Positions 8,107 to 16,520 of a DNA stretch of 52,135 nucleotides are shown in pieces. The translations under genes were made by a program, and so were the position numbers. The stretch covers positions 1-52,135 of IMG/VR virus record IMGVR_UViG_3300031965_000041; one strand, 5' to 3'. This stretch comes from a virus (Duplodnaviria > Caudoviricetes). Numbering within the stretch: the stretch's first letter is position 1; the number at the start of each line of letters is the position of its first letter. Below the pieces are notes generated by a model, which did not search any database, was not told where the DNA came from, and worked only from the letters and a program-made list of their open reading frames with translations.

Positions 8107-8403
8107 TCATGAGTGCAGCTCCCGCGTCTCGAATACGCCCCGGAGCGTCGGGTTGCGATCCATCAGCAACCGGGCGTATCGCGAGTGGTAGTTGTTGTTC
8201 AGTTTGAAATCGGGGTCCGTGGTGGTAAGCAGGTGCTCCCACCGGAGGACCTCAAAGAGCATCTTGATCGAGAGCCGTTTCCGTCCCGCAGCAACCAGCT
8301 CCAGGGCCTTCTCCCGGAGGGCCGCGTAGACGTGTGGGTTCTCGGCGTGGAACGCGTGGAACCGGTCGTCGAGGGTCTCGCGGAAGAGTGGGAGTGTGGT
8401 CAT
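8107..8403 (-). CDS. Conserved phage hypothetical protein
   Basis: FHAENPHVY...LFEVLRWE...FKLNNNYHSRYAR, a motif I recognise from many phages; function unknown. Confidence 0.7.
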   Translation of the reverse strand: MTTLPLFRETLDDRFHAFHAENPHVYAALREKALELVAAGRKRLSIKMLFEVLRWEHLLTTTDPDFKLNNNYHSRYARLLMDRNPTLRGVFETRELHS

Positions 8404-8726
8404 ATGACGATCTCCCCGATTCGTGCGGCGGCTTTGATGGTTTTGGTGCGGTAGTAGAATCGGGCGTATCGCATGGTTGCCGCGATGAACCGGCGCGTCC
8501 TCGGGTTGGTCGGATCGGACCAGTTCACCTCATGGCGCATGCGTCGTGCCGCCTCATTTGCGGACGCGGCGCGGTCCGCACATTGTTGAATGCCAGCCAT
8601 GTTCACGGCCGACTGAACAACCACTCGGTCGGCTGCTAGATAGGCGTGCGGCTCTATGCGGCGATCCTCTTCCATCGGCGGCGACGGCGGGTGCGTCTCC
8701 GACCCGCAGATGATGCAGACGGTCAC
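8400..8726 (-). CDS. Hypothetical protein
   Basis: GTG start with GAGGAGG RBS; coupled to 8403. Confidence 0.55.
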   Translation of the reverse strand: MTVCIICGSETHPPSPPMEEDRRIEPHAYLAADRVVVQSAVNMAGIQQCADRAASANEAARRMRHEVNWSDPTNPRTRRFIAATMRYARFYYRTKTIKAAARIGEIVI

Positions 8727-8789
8727 GGGGCACCTCCTCGTTGCTCTCTGAGTATCTCGGGGGTAGCCTCAGAGTCCTCTTTTCCTTGC

Positions 8790-9038
8790 TCACGACCCCA
8801 CTCCCGCGTTGAGGATCTCCACCGCCTGGCCGTCGGCGCAGGGCTCGCAGACCGCGTCGTCCGGATCCATCCGGCTCGCGCCGGTGCAGCCGGAGCACAC
8901 GAGGTCGCCGCAGTCATCGCACGGCTGCACGTCGTCGCCCCCACCGCAATGGAGGCAGTTGGGCAGCGCCGCATCGCATCGGGGACACGCCGCCCCTTCG
9001 ATGCCGGTCTCTCCGCAGTTTCCACACTCATGGATCAT
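8790..9038 (-). CDS. Cys-rich zinc-binding protein
   Basis: Six CxxC pairs in 82 aa. Confidence 0.6.
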   Translation of the reverse strand: MIHECGNCGETGIEGAACPRCDAALPNCLHCGGGDDVQPCDDCGDLVCSGCTGASRMDPDDAVCEPCADGQAVEILNAGVGS

Positions 9039-9174
9039 CGTGACCCCCCTTGGGAGGAGGTAGCGGGCATGCGGTCCGACCCGCAGGGGCCCGCCACCCC
9101 AGGAATAAGGTGCGCGACCCCGGGACTTCCCCTGCCACGGGTTCGCCCCTGTTCGTGGAGGCCGCGCGGAAAAC

Positions 9175-9441
9175 TCATGCCGCGCCCCTGTCCCTGTCCC
9201 TGTCCAACCAGCTGAGGTCGAAGAAGGACTCGGGGCGCTTCTTGAAGGCTCGACAGGCCCGGTCGATCACGGCAGCCGGTGGGCCGGAGCCGTCCCCGCG
9301 CTTGTACTTGAGGAACCCGGACACGGAGATCCCGAGCTGTGACGCCATCTCTGCGTTGGAGAGCCCCAGGGCAACCTGGAGAGCCGAGAGCCGCTCACCG
9401 AAGACCTGCGCGGCCGGGGACCGCAGTTTCGTCGTTTCCAT
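9175..9441 (-). CDS. Cro/CI-type XRE helix-turn-helix regulator
   Basis: FGERLSALQVALGLSNAEMASQLGISVSGFLKYKRG. Confidence 0.8.
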   Translation of the reverse strand: METTKLRSPAAQVFGERLSALQVALGLSNAEMASQLGISVSGFLKYKRGDGSGPPAAVIDRACRAFKKRPESFFDLSWLDRDRDRGAA

Positions 9442-9497
9442 GTGGGCCATTGTGGGGAGTTTCGTGGACAAAAGCAAGAAAAAATTTCACAAAAATA
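9442..9497 (-). promoter_or_regulatory. Sigma70-like leftward promoter, probably giving a leaderless transcript
   Basis: TTGCTT-17 nt-CACAAT-7 nt-ATG(9441), with an AT-rich upstream tract. Confidence 0.55.
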
Positions 9498-9666
9498 GCG
9501 GCAGGACGTACCGCACCCGGTACCCGTTGTCGTAGAAGGAGATGTATCCGTCGAAGTCGCCGCGCTTCCGCTTCTCGCGGAACGTGGAGTATCCCATACG
9601 GAGGAGACGCGCTGCGGTGCGCATCGGGATCATGTCGGACAGATCGGGAATCTGTGCAGGCGGCAA
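9487..9666 (-). CDS. Small excisionase/MerR-like HTH protein (start TTG 9666 or ATG 9633)
   Basis: Hand-translated: DMIPMRTAARLLRMGYSTFREKRKRGDFDGYISFYDNGYRVRY. Confidence 0.5.
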   Translation of the reverse strand: MPPAQIPDLSDMIPMRTAARLLRMGYSTFREKRKRGDFDGYISFYDNGYRVRYVLPLFL

Positions 9667-9865
9667 GGGAAAATGCCCCGCGGGTGCGGGGCGAGCCGTG
9701 GCAGGGGAAGCAGACGTTACCTCATGGGAGCGGTGTCGTCAAGGTGTTCCCCTGGGTGTCGGAGCGGTCACACCGAAGGGGGCCGGAGTCTATTCCGGAG
9801 GTCTAACGGAGGTCTCCGGTAGCGCCCCCCCCCACGTTCTAACTCGTTGCGGTGTCGCAACCTAC

Positions 9866-9974
9866 AGCCAATGTAAAAAAGCGCCCCCCCCCGTCGATTC
9901 CTCTTGCATCCAGCTGTACACGCTGTATACTCCTGTATGTCGGCAATGGGGCCGGCACCACCCGCGCCTCGGGG
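9866..9974 (+). promoter_or_regulatory. Promoter cassette, copy 1 (109-bp direct repeat)
   Basis: TTGCAT (9904)-16 nt-TATACT (9926), three CTGTA repeats, followed by the RBS gaggcaggag. Confidence 0.8.
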
Positions 9975-9998
9975 GATCTGAGGCAGGAGGATAGAGAG

Positions 9999-10532
9999 AT
10001 GATGACCTACCAGATGTCTCTGGATGGGGGAGCTGGCGGGACAGATGAGGTCTCGGCCGACTCACTGGCCGAGGCGATGAGGGAAGCCCTGGAGTGGGCC
10101 GAAGGTGGCGATTGGTTGATCGCCCAAGAGGGCACGGAGGACGTGTACGGCGGCGCAGCCGCCGTACACGTGCGCGTGTGGAGAGAGGACGAGGACGGGC
10201 GCATGATCGAGGAGGAGACCGGCACCTACGAGATCCCCACTCTCGGGGATCTCAAGGAGGAGACGATGGAAGATGGAGATGTCCTCGCGGAGCGGGAGCA
10301 CGAGTACTCCACCGAGTCCATCGTGCGCGTGGGGGAGGACATCTACCTCCGCCACGAGAACGGAGGCGCGCGTGGCTCGTGGGACCGGCAGGGTGGGGAC
10401 GGGGTGTGGAGAGAGCGCCCCGTGGAGCCGGCCAGGCTCCTCACCACCACCGAGGCGAGGGAGCGCCTTCTGGACTGGGGTTATGCCCCGGCAGAGATCG
10501 CCGACATGACCGAGGAAGGCGGTGCCCGATGA
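9999..10532 (+). CDS. Highly acidic early protein
   Basis: First gene after the promoter; AGGAGG RBS; about a quarter of residues are D/E. Confidence 0.75.
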   Translation: MMTYQMSLDGGAGGTDEVSADSLAEAMREALEWAEGGDWLIAQEGTEDVYGGAAAVHVRVWREDEDGRMIEEETGTYEIPTLGDLKEETMEDGDVLAEREHEYSTESIVRVGEDIYLRHENGGARGSWDRQGGDGVWRERPVEPARLLTTTEARERLLDWGYAPAEIADMTEEGGAR

Positions 10533-10693
10533 CCGCGCGCTACGGCCAGGTCCTCGTGTCTCTCGCGGCTGCCCGCCTCCTCATCGTCGATGCTCAGATC
10601 ATGCGGTCCCTCGCGGGGCCGGCGGCGCGAGGGGCCATTACGGATGCCGACCACGGCAATGCTGTGGGACCGCCGGCGCTCAGAGGAGACCCC

Positions 10694-11143
10694 ATGTACA
10701 TCCACCACGTCACCCTGACCACCGGACACGTGCGTAGATCCGTCCGTGAGGAGGTCGCGCCCGAGACGTGGCGACCGGTCTCCGATCTCCTCGCGGCCGC
10801 GCTCCGAGCCGACACGCCGATCCCCGGGGTGTCCCCGGCCTGTACCCTCCGGGCCTCCGCGAGCGCCCGGTGCCTCGTGGCCACCGTCTCCGGGCCGGGG
10901 GACAGACCACTGGTAACCATCGGTGTCGCTGCACATTCCCGGTGCGGTGCTTCCCTCTGGCGCAGGCTGCATCAGGGCGGGGGTCTGGCCACGAGGGCGG
11001 AGGATGTGCCTCCGGAGCCGTGGTGCGCCGCACGCCTGGAGGCAGGGATAGCGCTGCACCCCGAGCATGCTCACTGGCTCGGGGACTTCGAGCGGTGTCT
11101 AGCCTGGGTCTGGATCGAGCGGGATAGGGTGCGGCGCGGATGA
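10694..11143 (+). CDS. Hypothetical early protein (in-frame upstream remnant from 10529)
   Basis: AGAGGAG RBS; MYIHHVTLTTGHVRRS...WLGDFERCLAW. Confidence 0.7.
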   Translation: MYIHHVTLTTGHVRRSVREEVAPETWRPVSDLLAAALRADTPIPGVSPACTLRASASARCLVATVSGPGDRPLVTIGVAAHSRCGASLWRRLHQGGGLATRAEDVPPEPWCAARLEAGIALHPEHAHWLGDFERCLAWVWIERDRVRRG

Positions 11144-11586
11144 AGGGGGCAGACCTCCGCGAGCTCCGGGTAAGGAAGGGCTGGACCCAGGCGAGAGCAG
11201 CGGAGTACGCCCGCGTGACAGCGAACACCTGGGCGCGCTGGGAGAGGGACGAGGTCCCGATCCCCGGGCCCGCGATCGCCCTCCTGGAGCAGATCCCCGA
11301 GGAGACGCTGGGGGACACCGGCCAGGTCCTCGTGTCTCTCGCGGCTGCCCGCCAGTACGCAGCCGGCCGCGGGCTCGGCATCGAGGAGGCCAGGCGGGAG
11401 CTCACCGAGCTCCTGGTCGGCGCAAAGCGCACGAGCTCGCCGCCGGCGAGCGGGCTCGAGGGCTGGAGGGCCCGGTCCCGGACTCTCCAGGTAGACGTCG
11501 GGGCGCAGGTCTCCCGGGAGGGGGCGCTCGCCGTGGTCACCCACGCGCACGTGAGGGGGTACCGGCCGCGCCGCCGGAGGAGGTAA
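11140..11586 (+). CDS. XRE HTH protein with a C-terminal domain
   Basis: LRELRVRKGWTQARAAEYARVTANTWARWERDEVPIP; ATGA coupling. Confidence 0.85.
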   Translation: MKGADLRELRVRKGWTQARAAEYARVTANTWARWERDEVPIPGPAIALLEQIPEETLGDTGQVLVSLAAARQYAAGRGLGIEEARRELTELLVGAKRTSSPPASGLEGWRARSRTLQVDVGAQVSREGALAVVTHAHVRGYRPRRRRR

Positions 11587-11744
11587 ACCGGGCCAGGGTC
11601 GATGGGTTTACACCCCAGCGACCGGTCGCTGACGGTCCGGAGCTGTCCTCTCGGAGCACTCGGACCGCGACCGTGCCCTCGGCCTCCACCGGCGGACGGT
11701 GGCCGCAAACGGTGGCCGCAAGCTGGTGCAATTCCTTCGTTTAT

Positions 11745-11853
11745 AGCCAATGTAAAAAAGCGCCCCCCCCCGTCGATTCCTCTTGCATCCAGCTGTACAC
11801 GCTGTATACTCCTGTATGTCGGCGATGGGGCCGACACCACCCGCGCCTCGGGG
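11745..11853 (+). promoter_or_regulatory. Promoter cassette, copy 2
   Basis: Matches 9866-9974 with 2 mismatches; TTGCAT 11783, TATACT 11805. Confidence 0.8.
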
Positions 11854-11875
11854 ACACAGAGGCAGGAGACACGAG

Positions 11876-12424
11876 ATGACGACGACCCAGAAGATCGGAC
11901 GCCGGTACTACTTGCGGGGCCTGCCCTTCGCGGCGAAGGATGAGGCCAAGAGACGCGGCGCCAAGTGGGACCCGCAGGAGCGGGCATGGTGGAGCGGCAA
12001 AGAGGACGTGGCGCAGGCCATCGTGGACGCGGCGCAGACCGCGCAGACGGCGGCTCGCACAGCCGAGCGCGAGTCCGGGATCAGCCTGGAGGCCCAGGTC
12101 GTCCGCGGCCGTGCCACGTACAAGGGAAAGACGTATTATGTCCTTTATGAGGGGCCGACGAAGCAGGGTAAACCTTGCGCCAAGCTCGTGAGCCGAGACG
12201 GCTCGCTCGTGTTCTGGGCCGCCGATATGGCCCAGTTCCGCCTCCTGAAGACTTACCGCGCGCCCACCTCCATAGCGGCTCTCCGCGCCTACGCCGAGCG
12301 CCGCAAGGCCGAGGACGCTGGTGAGATCGAGTGCTCGCTGTGCGAGCGCTACTGCACCTGCGGGACCGGTCGATTCTGCACCCATCACCACGACGGGTGT
12401 GACCGCTGCGGCGAGGAGCGCTGA
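11876..12424 (+). CDS. DUF5710-like domain protein with Cys/His-rich tail
   Basis: PFAAKDEAKRRGAKWDPQERAWW; CSLC..CTC..CTHHHDGCDRC. Confidence 0.7.
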   Translation: MTTTQKIGRRYYLRGLPFAAKDEAKRRGAKWDPQERAWWSGKEDVAQAIVDAAQTAQTAARTAERESGISLEAQVVRGRATYKGKTYYVLYEGPTKQGKPCAKLVSRDGSLVFWAADMAQFRLLKTYRAPTSIAALRAYAERRKAEDAGEIECSLCERYCTCGTGRFCTHHHDGCDRCGEER

Positions 12425-12425
12425 C

Positions 12426-12815
12426 ATGAGCGTGCTCGACAGGATCTCACCATACGAGGCCCACCTGCCGCCATCGGAGCGGACCTGGGCGCGCGTGGTC
12501 AGGGTAGGCGGGTGGGATGTGCTGGAGCTCCGGGACCCCAATAGCGGTCAGGGTTCCGACCCCTCCAGCAAGCCCAGGCACCAGTACGCGGTGTCGATGG
12601 GCGTGCTGTACGCCCGGCGGCTGCCACCGGCGCCGCTATCCGTCACCGACGACGAGATGCCGTGGGTGGACGATCCGCTGGCGGCGCGATCCCCGGGCCG
12701 GCGACCGCCCTCCTGGAGCCTCTCCTCGAGGGGGGGGACGCGCCGGACCCCTAGGGCAAGCCAGCCAGGAACAGCACCACGGCCCCCAGAGGCAGGTAGG
12801 CCACGATGTCGATGA
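12426..12815 (+). CDS. Hypothetical protein
   Basis: ATG just after the previous stop, with GAGGAG upstream; the 3' end overlaps the convergent lysis gene. Confidence 0.45.
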   Translation: MSVLDRISPYEAHLPPSERTWARVVRVGGWDVLELRDPNSGQGSDPSSKPRHQYAVSMGVLYARRLPPAPLSVTDDEMPWVDDPLAARSPGRRPPSWSLSSRGGTRRTPRASQPGTAPRPPEAGRPRCR

Positions 12816-13029
12816 GATCACCCTCGCGGTGATCCCACCGCCACCGGCGCGCCAGCTCCGGAGTCATGTACTCCAGAGCGATCCCCACCGCCAGCACAAG
12901 AACAAACCCGAGGACGGCTCCATCTCGGCCACCGACTAAGAGACCGAGACCTGGCCCCATACCGCCCCAGGCCAGGTGTTGGAGCCGCCCCCGGGTACAG
13001 ATCGGCCCGGCCTTGGGCCGGAATCTCAC
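12751..13029 (-). CDS. Small membrane protein (end of lysis module)
   Basis: Hydrophobic segments; GTGA coupling to the holin-like gene. Confidence 0.6.
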   Translation of the reverse strand: MRFRPKAGPICTRGRLQHLAWGGMGPGLGLLVGGRDGAVLGFVLVLAVGIALEYMTPELARRWRWDHREGDLIDIVAYLPLGAVVLFLAGLP

Positions 13030-13385
13030 TCCGATCCGGCCTTCCGAGCGTTGTGCTTCTCGGCCCCCGTGCGCAGCGCCATCATGTTGATGGCACTCTT
13101 GCCGGTGATCGTGATGCCGAACAACGCACCGACCATCTGCAACACCAGATTCAGCGTGTCGTCGGGCATCTCCGGCATGAATTGATTCCGGAGAATCGGT
13201 AGAACGATGACCAGCAGCGAACCGATCGCGGCCAGCGCGGTCTTGTCTCCTCGTAACATGGGTATCTCCTTTCGGATATACTGCGTAGCTTCACGGTGGA
13301 CGATCTGCGTTCTCTTGGCTCGTGGCACGAGCTTCCACACCACCTTGAACGGGGTCGCGAGAATCTTCCCGATCGGTAGCTTCAC
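13026..13385 (-). CDS. Putative holin (2 TM segments); second start at 13259
   Basis: ALAAIGSLLVIVLPIL and LVLQMVGALFGITI; follows the endolysin. Confidence 0.6.
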   Translation of the reverse strand: MKLPIGKILATPFKVVWKLVPRAKRTQIVHREATQYIRKEIPMLRGDKTALAAIGSLLVIVLPILRNQFMPEMPDDTLNLVLQMVGALFGITITGKSAINMMALRTGAEKHNARKAGSE

Positions 13386-13846
13386 GCCGCACACTCCGAG
13401 TACAGTCGGCGAATCCCAAGCACCCGATCCACGGCGTACCGCTCCACGGATACGCTGTTTGACTGGTTTCCGCCGAGCACCAGGACATACCCAGGCTCCG
13501 ACCCGGCGTAGAAACCAACATGCCCGGGAGCGGTGGTATCCTCGGGGCCGGGCTGATTGGCACCGGCACGCTTGAGCACGACCACGTCGAACCCCACCCG
13601 GGCGTCATCGAGAGCTACCGACTCACCGATGCGTAGCCATGACCGGGCCAGCAGGCTCTTGGATCGCGGCAAGCGCAGGAGCCAACACACGTCGTTGGCA
13701 AACCCGCTGCACCACGGCACCTCGTCGTGCTGCGGCCATTCGTTGTCCAAGGTGAGCATGGCCATGATCCTCGGATTGTCCTTGGTGCCTGGCACTTCCT
13801 TGATCCCGACATAGCGCTGGGCTATCCAGAACGCAGTTACTCTCAT
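13382..13846 (-). CDS. Endolysin, TIGR02594/NlpC-P60-like peptidase
   Basis: GIKEVPG..NPRI, DEVPWCSGF, ARSW, GHVGFY, LGGNQSNSV. Confidence 0.9.
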   Translation of the reverse strand: MRVTAFWIAQRYVGIKEVPGTKDNPRIMAMLTLDNEWPQHDEVPWCSGFANDVCWLLRLPRSKSLLARSWLRIGESVALDDARVGFDVVVLKRAGANQPGPEDTTAPGHVGFYAGSEPGYVLVLGGNQSNSVSVERYAVDRVLGIRRLYSECAA

Positions 13847-14184
13847 GATCGCTCCTGGGCCCGCAAATCCGCGCGCAGCTCAATCAAGTCGCGGAAGATG
13901 CTCTCCTGCTTGTTCCCTTGCAGTCGCAATTGATCCTGTATACCCTTGAGCGTGCCCACCAGTTCGTTGAGCACCCGCTCCTCAGCTTGGGCGTGGTTTT
14001 GCATGTGATCCAACAGTTTCTCGGTGATGCTGTGGACACGTGCCACGTCGTCCCGTGTCGCGGGGGCAGATCCGTTCTTGCTACGGGACACCCCGAGAAT
14101 CACCTGTGCAAGCATGACGACGGCAATTGCGAGAATGCCGATAGGCTGCGCCTGATCCAACACGTGCATGAGCTCCTTGTCCAT
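13843..14184 (-). CDS. Membrane-anchored coiled-coil protein (lysis-associated)
   Basis: One TM segment then a coiled coil; coupled to the endolysin. Confidence 0.6.
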   Translation of the reverse strand: MDKELMHVLDQAQPIGILAIAVVMLAQVILGVSRSKNGSAPATRDDVARVHSITEKLLDHMQNHAQAEERVLNELVGTLKGIQDQLRLQGNKQESIFRDLIELRADLRAQERS

Positions 14185-14302
14185 TGTTGCTGCTACTCCT
14201 TAGACGCGACCCATTGGTAAAGCTGGGGGCGGCCGGTCTCCCGGCACCGGGCTGTAATCGTGGGGAAGCCCCGATACGCCGAACGCGTCACCCCCAACAG
14301 AC

Positions 14303-15931
14303 TCAGCCTCCCCTCCTGAAATAGTTCCGAGCGATCTCCCACGTGCGGCCGTAGCGAACGAGGTCCATCTCTGCGATTGCGTTGATCGAGTTTTGCATCG
14401 CCCTCATGTTGGAAAGCCAGACAAACCCCGGGGGCGTGGCCGGCGTGATCCCCCGCCCGTAGCTGAACACCGGCACGTGGTTGATCGTGATGTAGCGCTG
14501 GAGGTGGTGGCCGTCGAAGATCTCGAGGTTCTTCAGCGCGGCCACCGTGAACTGGCCCGTTCCCCAGGCAGCGGTATCCGTGGCCGTCTGGTTGGTCTGG
14601 GGGTAGAAGGTGATGAGATCCCCGTCGTAGCGGTGCTGGATCCAATCGAAGAGGTTGGGGTCGGTGGCGGTCGGGGCGGGACTGATGCTCGTCGAGAGCA
14701 GGGACGTCCGCAGATACTCGACCCCGTGGGGGGCCATGGCCGCCACGAGGGAATCCAGGGTCATGGTCTGGTAGAAGTTCCCCCCGAACTGCCCGCCCGT
14801 GAGCCAGACGTCGTTGATGGTGTAGTCCGGAAACGCCCACCGCAGGGAGTCGAAGGCGGCCTTGGTGGCCGCGCTCATCGCTGCGACCGTGGTTTCCTTC
14901 TGGATTTCGGTCCCGTGAGAGTGCCAGGCGATCTGGAAGTAGGGCCGCACGGCGGGGTCATTGTAGATGGCCCGCTTCGCGATTCCTTCGCTCGTCGACA
15001 CCGAGTCCGGGTTCACGCCCATGCAGACGATCATGTCCCCCCAGGTCTGGAGGGAATCCGCCAGGCGCTGCAGCTGCACGGTGTCGTACCAGTCGAGGTC
15101 CGTCGTCGCGTCCCGGTAGGGGTAGCCGTTCGATGCGTCCAGATTGTGGAGCTCGTCGTCCAGATGCACCCCCCAGTACAGGGGATGCTGAATCTCCTGA
15201 GGGGCGTAGTAGGCGATGGCGGCGATCACCAGATAGGCGTCCCATTGCTCGGGGACGTCGAACGCAGTCACGGGATCGTGAGGTCGGAAAGTTCCGAGGG
15301 TGGAGTAGATGAACGTCCACCCCTGATCGTGGGGAGCCTCGTCGCCGGTGATCCGCCACGCCTGCGCACGGGTGGAGTCCGTGGGAATGGCCCCCAGGAC
15401 ATCCATCGAGGTGATGTAGGATGCGGCCGGATTCAGGTGAATCTGCTGGGCCGCGAACACGGGAAAGGCTACCTCCTGGCCCTGGCCCAGGAACAGGTCG
15501 GTGCTGTTGGTGGAGAACGTAGTTCCGCCGGTCTCCACGTTGAAGTAGAGCTTGAAGTCAGGCTGGTACACGATCATCGGTAAGTCGGGGGTGAAGGTGC
15601 TCCCGGTCTGGAGCACGTTGGCCCACCACGCTTTCGATACGTTGTCCTGGTTGCCCCCCACCCAGACCACCACCGAGTACCCCTCATCGTCGAGGCTGTC
15701 GCAGATCGCCGCGGTGGCCACGTCGGCGGTGTGCCCCAGGTACTCCGAAACGAAAACCGTGTAGTCCAGCCCGTAGGCTTCGAGCAGCGGGGTCAGGGCT
15801 TGCAGGCAAATGCCGGCTTTCTTGATGTCCGCGGCTCCACCCACGTGGTCGTAGCTGGTCATGATGGCGACCTTGCCGTGGGCAGGCGCCGCGAGCAGGG
15901 CCAGCAGGAGCGCACAAGCAAGTCTACGCAT
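14303..15931 (-). CDS. Signal-peptide protein with a polysaccharide deacetylase (NodB-like) barrel
   Basis: MRRLACALLLALLAAPAHG; VHLDD and IAWHSH motifs. Confidence 0.65.
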   Translation of the reverse strand: MRRLACALLLALLAAPAHGKVAIMTSYDHVGGAADIKKAGICLQALTPLLEAYGLDYTVFVSEYLGHTADVATAAICDSLDDEGYSVVVWVGGNQDNVSKAWWANVLQTGSTFTPDLPMIVYQPDFKLYFNVETGGTTFSTNSTDLFLGQGQEVAFPVFAAQQIHLNPAASYITSMDVLGAIPTDSTRAQAWRITGDEAPHDQGWTFIYSTLGTFRPHDPVTAFDVPEQWDAYLVIAAIAYYAPQEIQHPLYWGVHLDDELHNLDASNGYPYRDATTDLDWYDTVQLQRLADSLQTWGDMIVCMGVNPDSVSTSEGIAKRAIYNDPAVRPYFQIAWHSHGTEIQKETTVAAMSAATKAAFDSLRWAFPDYTINDVWLTGGQFGGNFYQTMTLDSLVAAMAPHGVEYLRTSLLSTSISPAPTATDPNLFDWIQHRYDGDLITFYPQTNQTATDTAAWGTGQFTVAALKNLEIFDGHHLQRYITINHVPVFSYGRGITPATPPGFVWLSNMRAMQNSINAIAEMDLVRYGRTWEIARNYFRRGG

Positions 15932-16512
15932 CACCAATCCCTCCTCTTCTCCAGGTCGGCCTTCAACGTGGTGACGTTGCCGGTGCCGTCGTGGTAAAAG
16001 CCGATGCTGTAGCGGGGCAGGTACAGCGGGGCGCCGGACCGATCCACCAGGGATAGGGTCGCCGTCCCTCCCAGACCGCCGGTGTCCTTCACGTGGGCGA
16101 GCACGGAGTCCACGACGTTCGGGGTGCTGGGATCCAGGTCCACCGCGTAGGACACGGTGACGTCGAGGTCCCAATGCCTTCGGACGACCACGATCATGCT
16201 GTCGGTGAAGTTGTTCGCCCAGCTCAGGAACAAGACCCCGTCGTCCATGTCCGACCCGTCCTGAACGCTGGTGTAGGACCATGCTGCCGAGGTCAGGGTC
16301 ACGCCGTTGCCGCGGAGGGCTTCGCGCTGCCCGGTGTTTGCCACGGTTGCAATCGGAGTAACCGACAGGGCGGTGTCCGCTTTGGTGGTGTCCACCATGT
16401 TGTCCCACATCCAGGAGGCACCGTCGTTGCCGTAGATCGGCGCAAACGGACCCGCATGCGCGGTCCCTGCCAGAAAGATCGTGAGAAGCAATCCAGTCCA
16501 CTTCATCGTCAT
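15931..16512 (-). CDS. Signal-peptide beta-rich protein
   Basis: MKWTGLLLTIFLAGTAHA; GAGGAGG RBS. Confidence 0.75.
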   Translation of the reverse strand: MTMKWTGLLLTIFLAGTAHAGPFAPIYGNDGASWMWDNMVDTTKADTALSVTPIATVANTGQREALRGNGVTLTSAAWSYTSVQDGSDMDDGVLFLSWANNFTDSMIVVVRRHWDLDVTVSYAVDLDPSTPNVVDSVLAHVKDTGGLGGTATLSLVDRSGAPLYLPRYSIGFYHDGTGNVTTLKADLEKRRDW

Positions 16513-16520
16513 TCCCCTCC

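Noticed and set aside
9463-9471. DnaA box (TTGTCCACG) in the promoter spacer
   Set aside because: A single imperfect 9-mer is expected by chance.
11696-11721. 13-bp tandem acggtggccgcaa as a regulatory array
   Set aside because: Only two intergenic copies; insufficient support.
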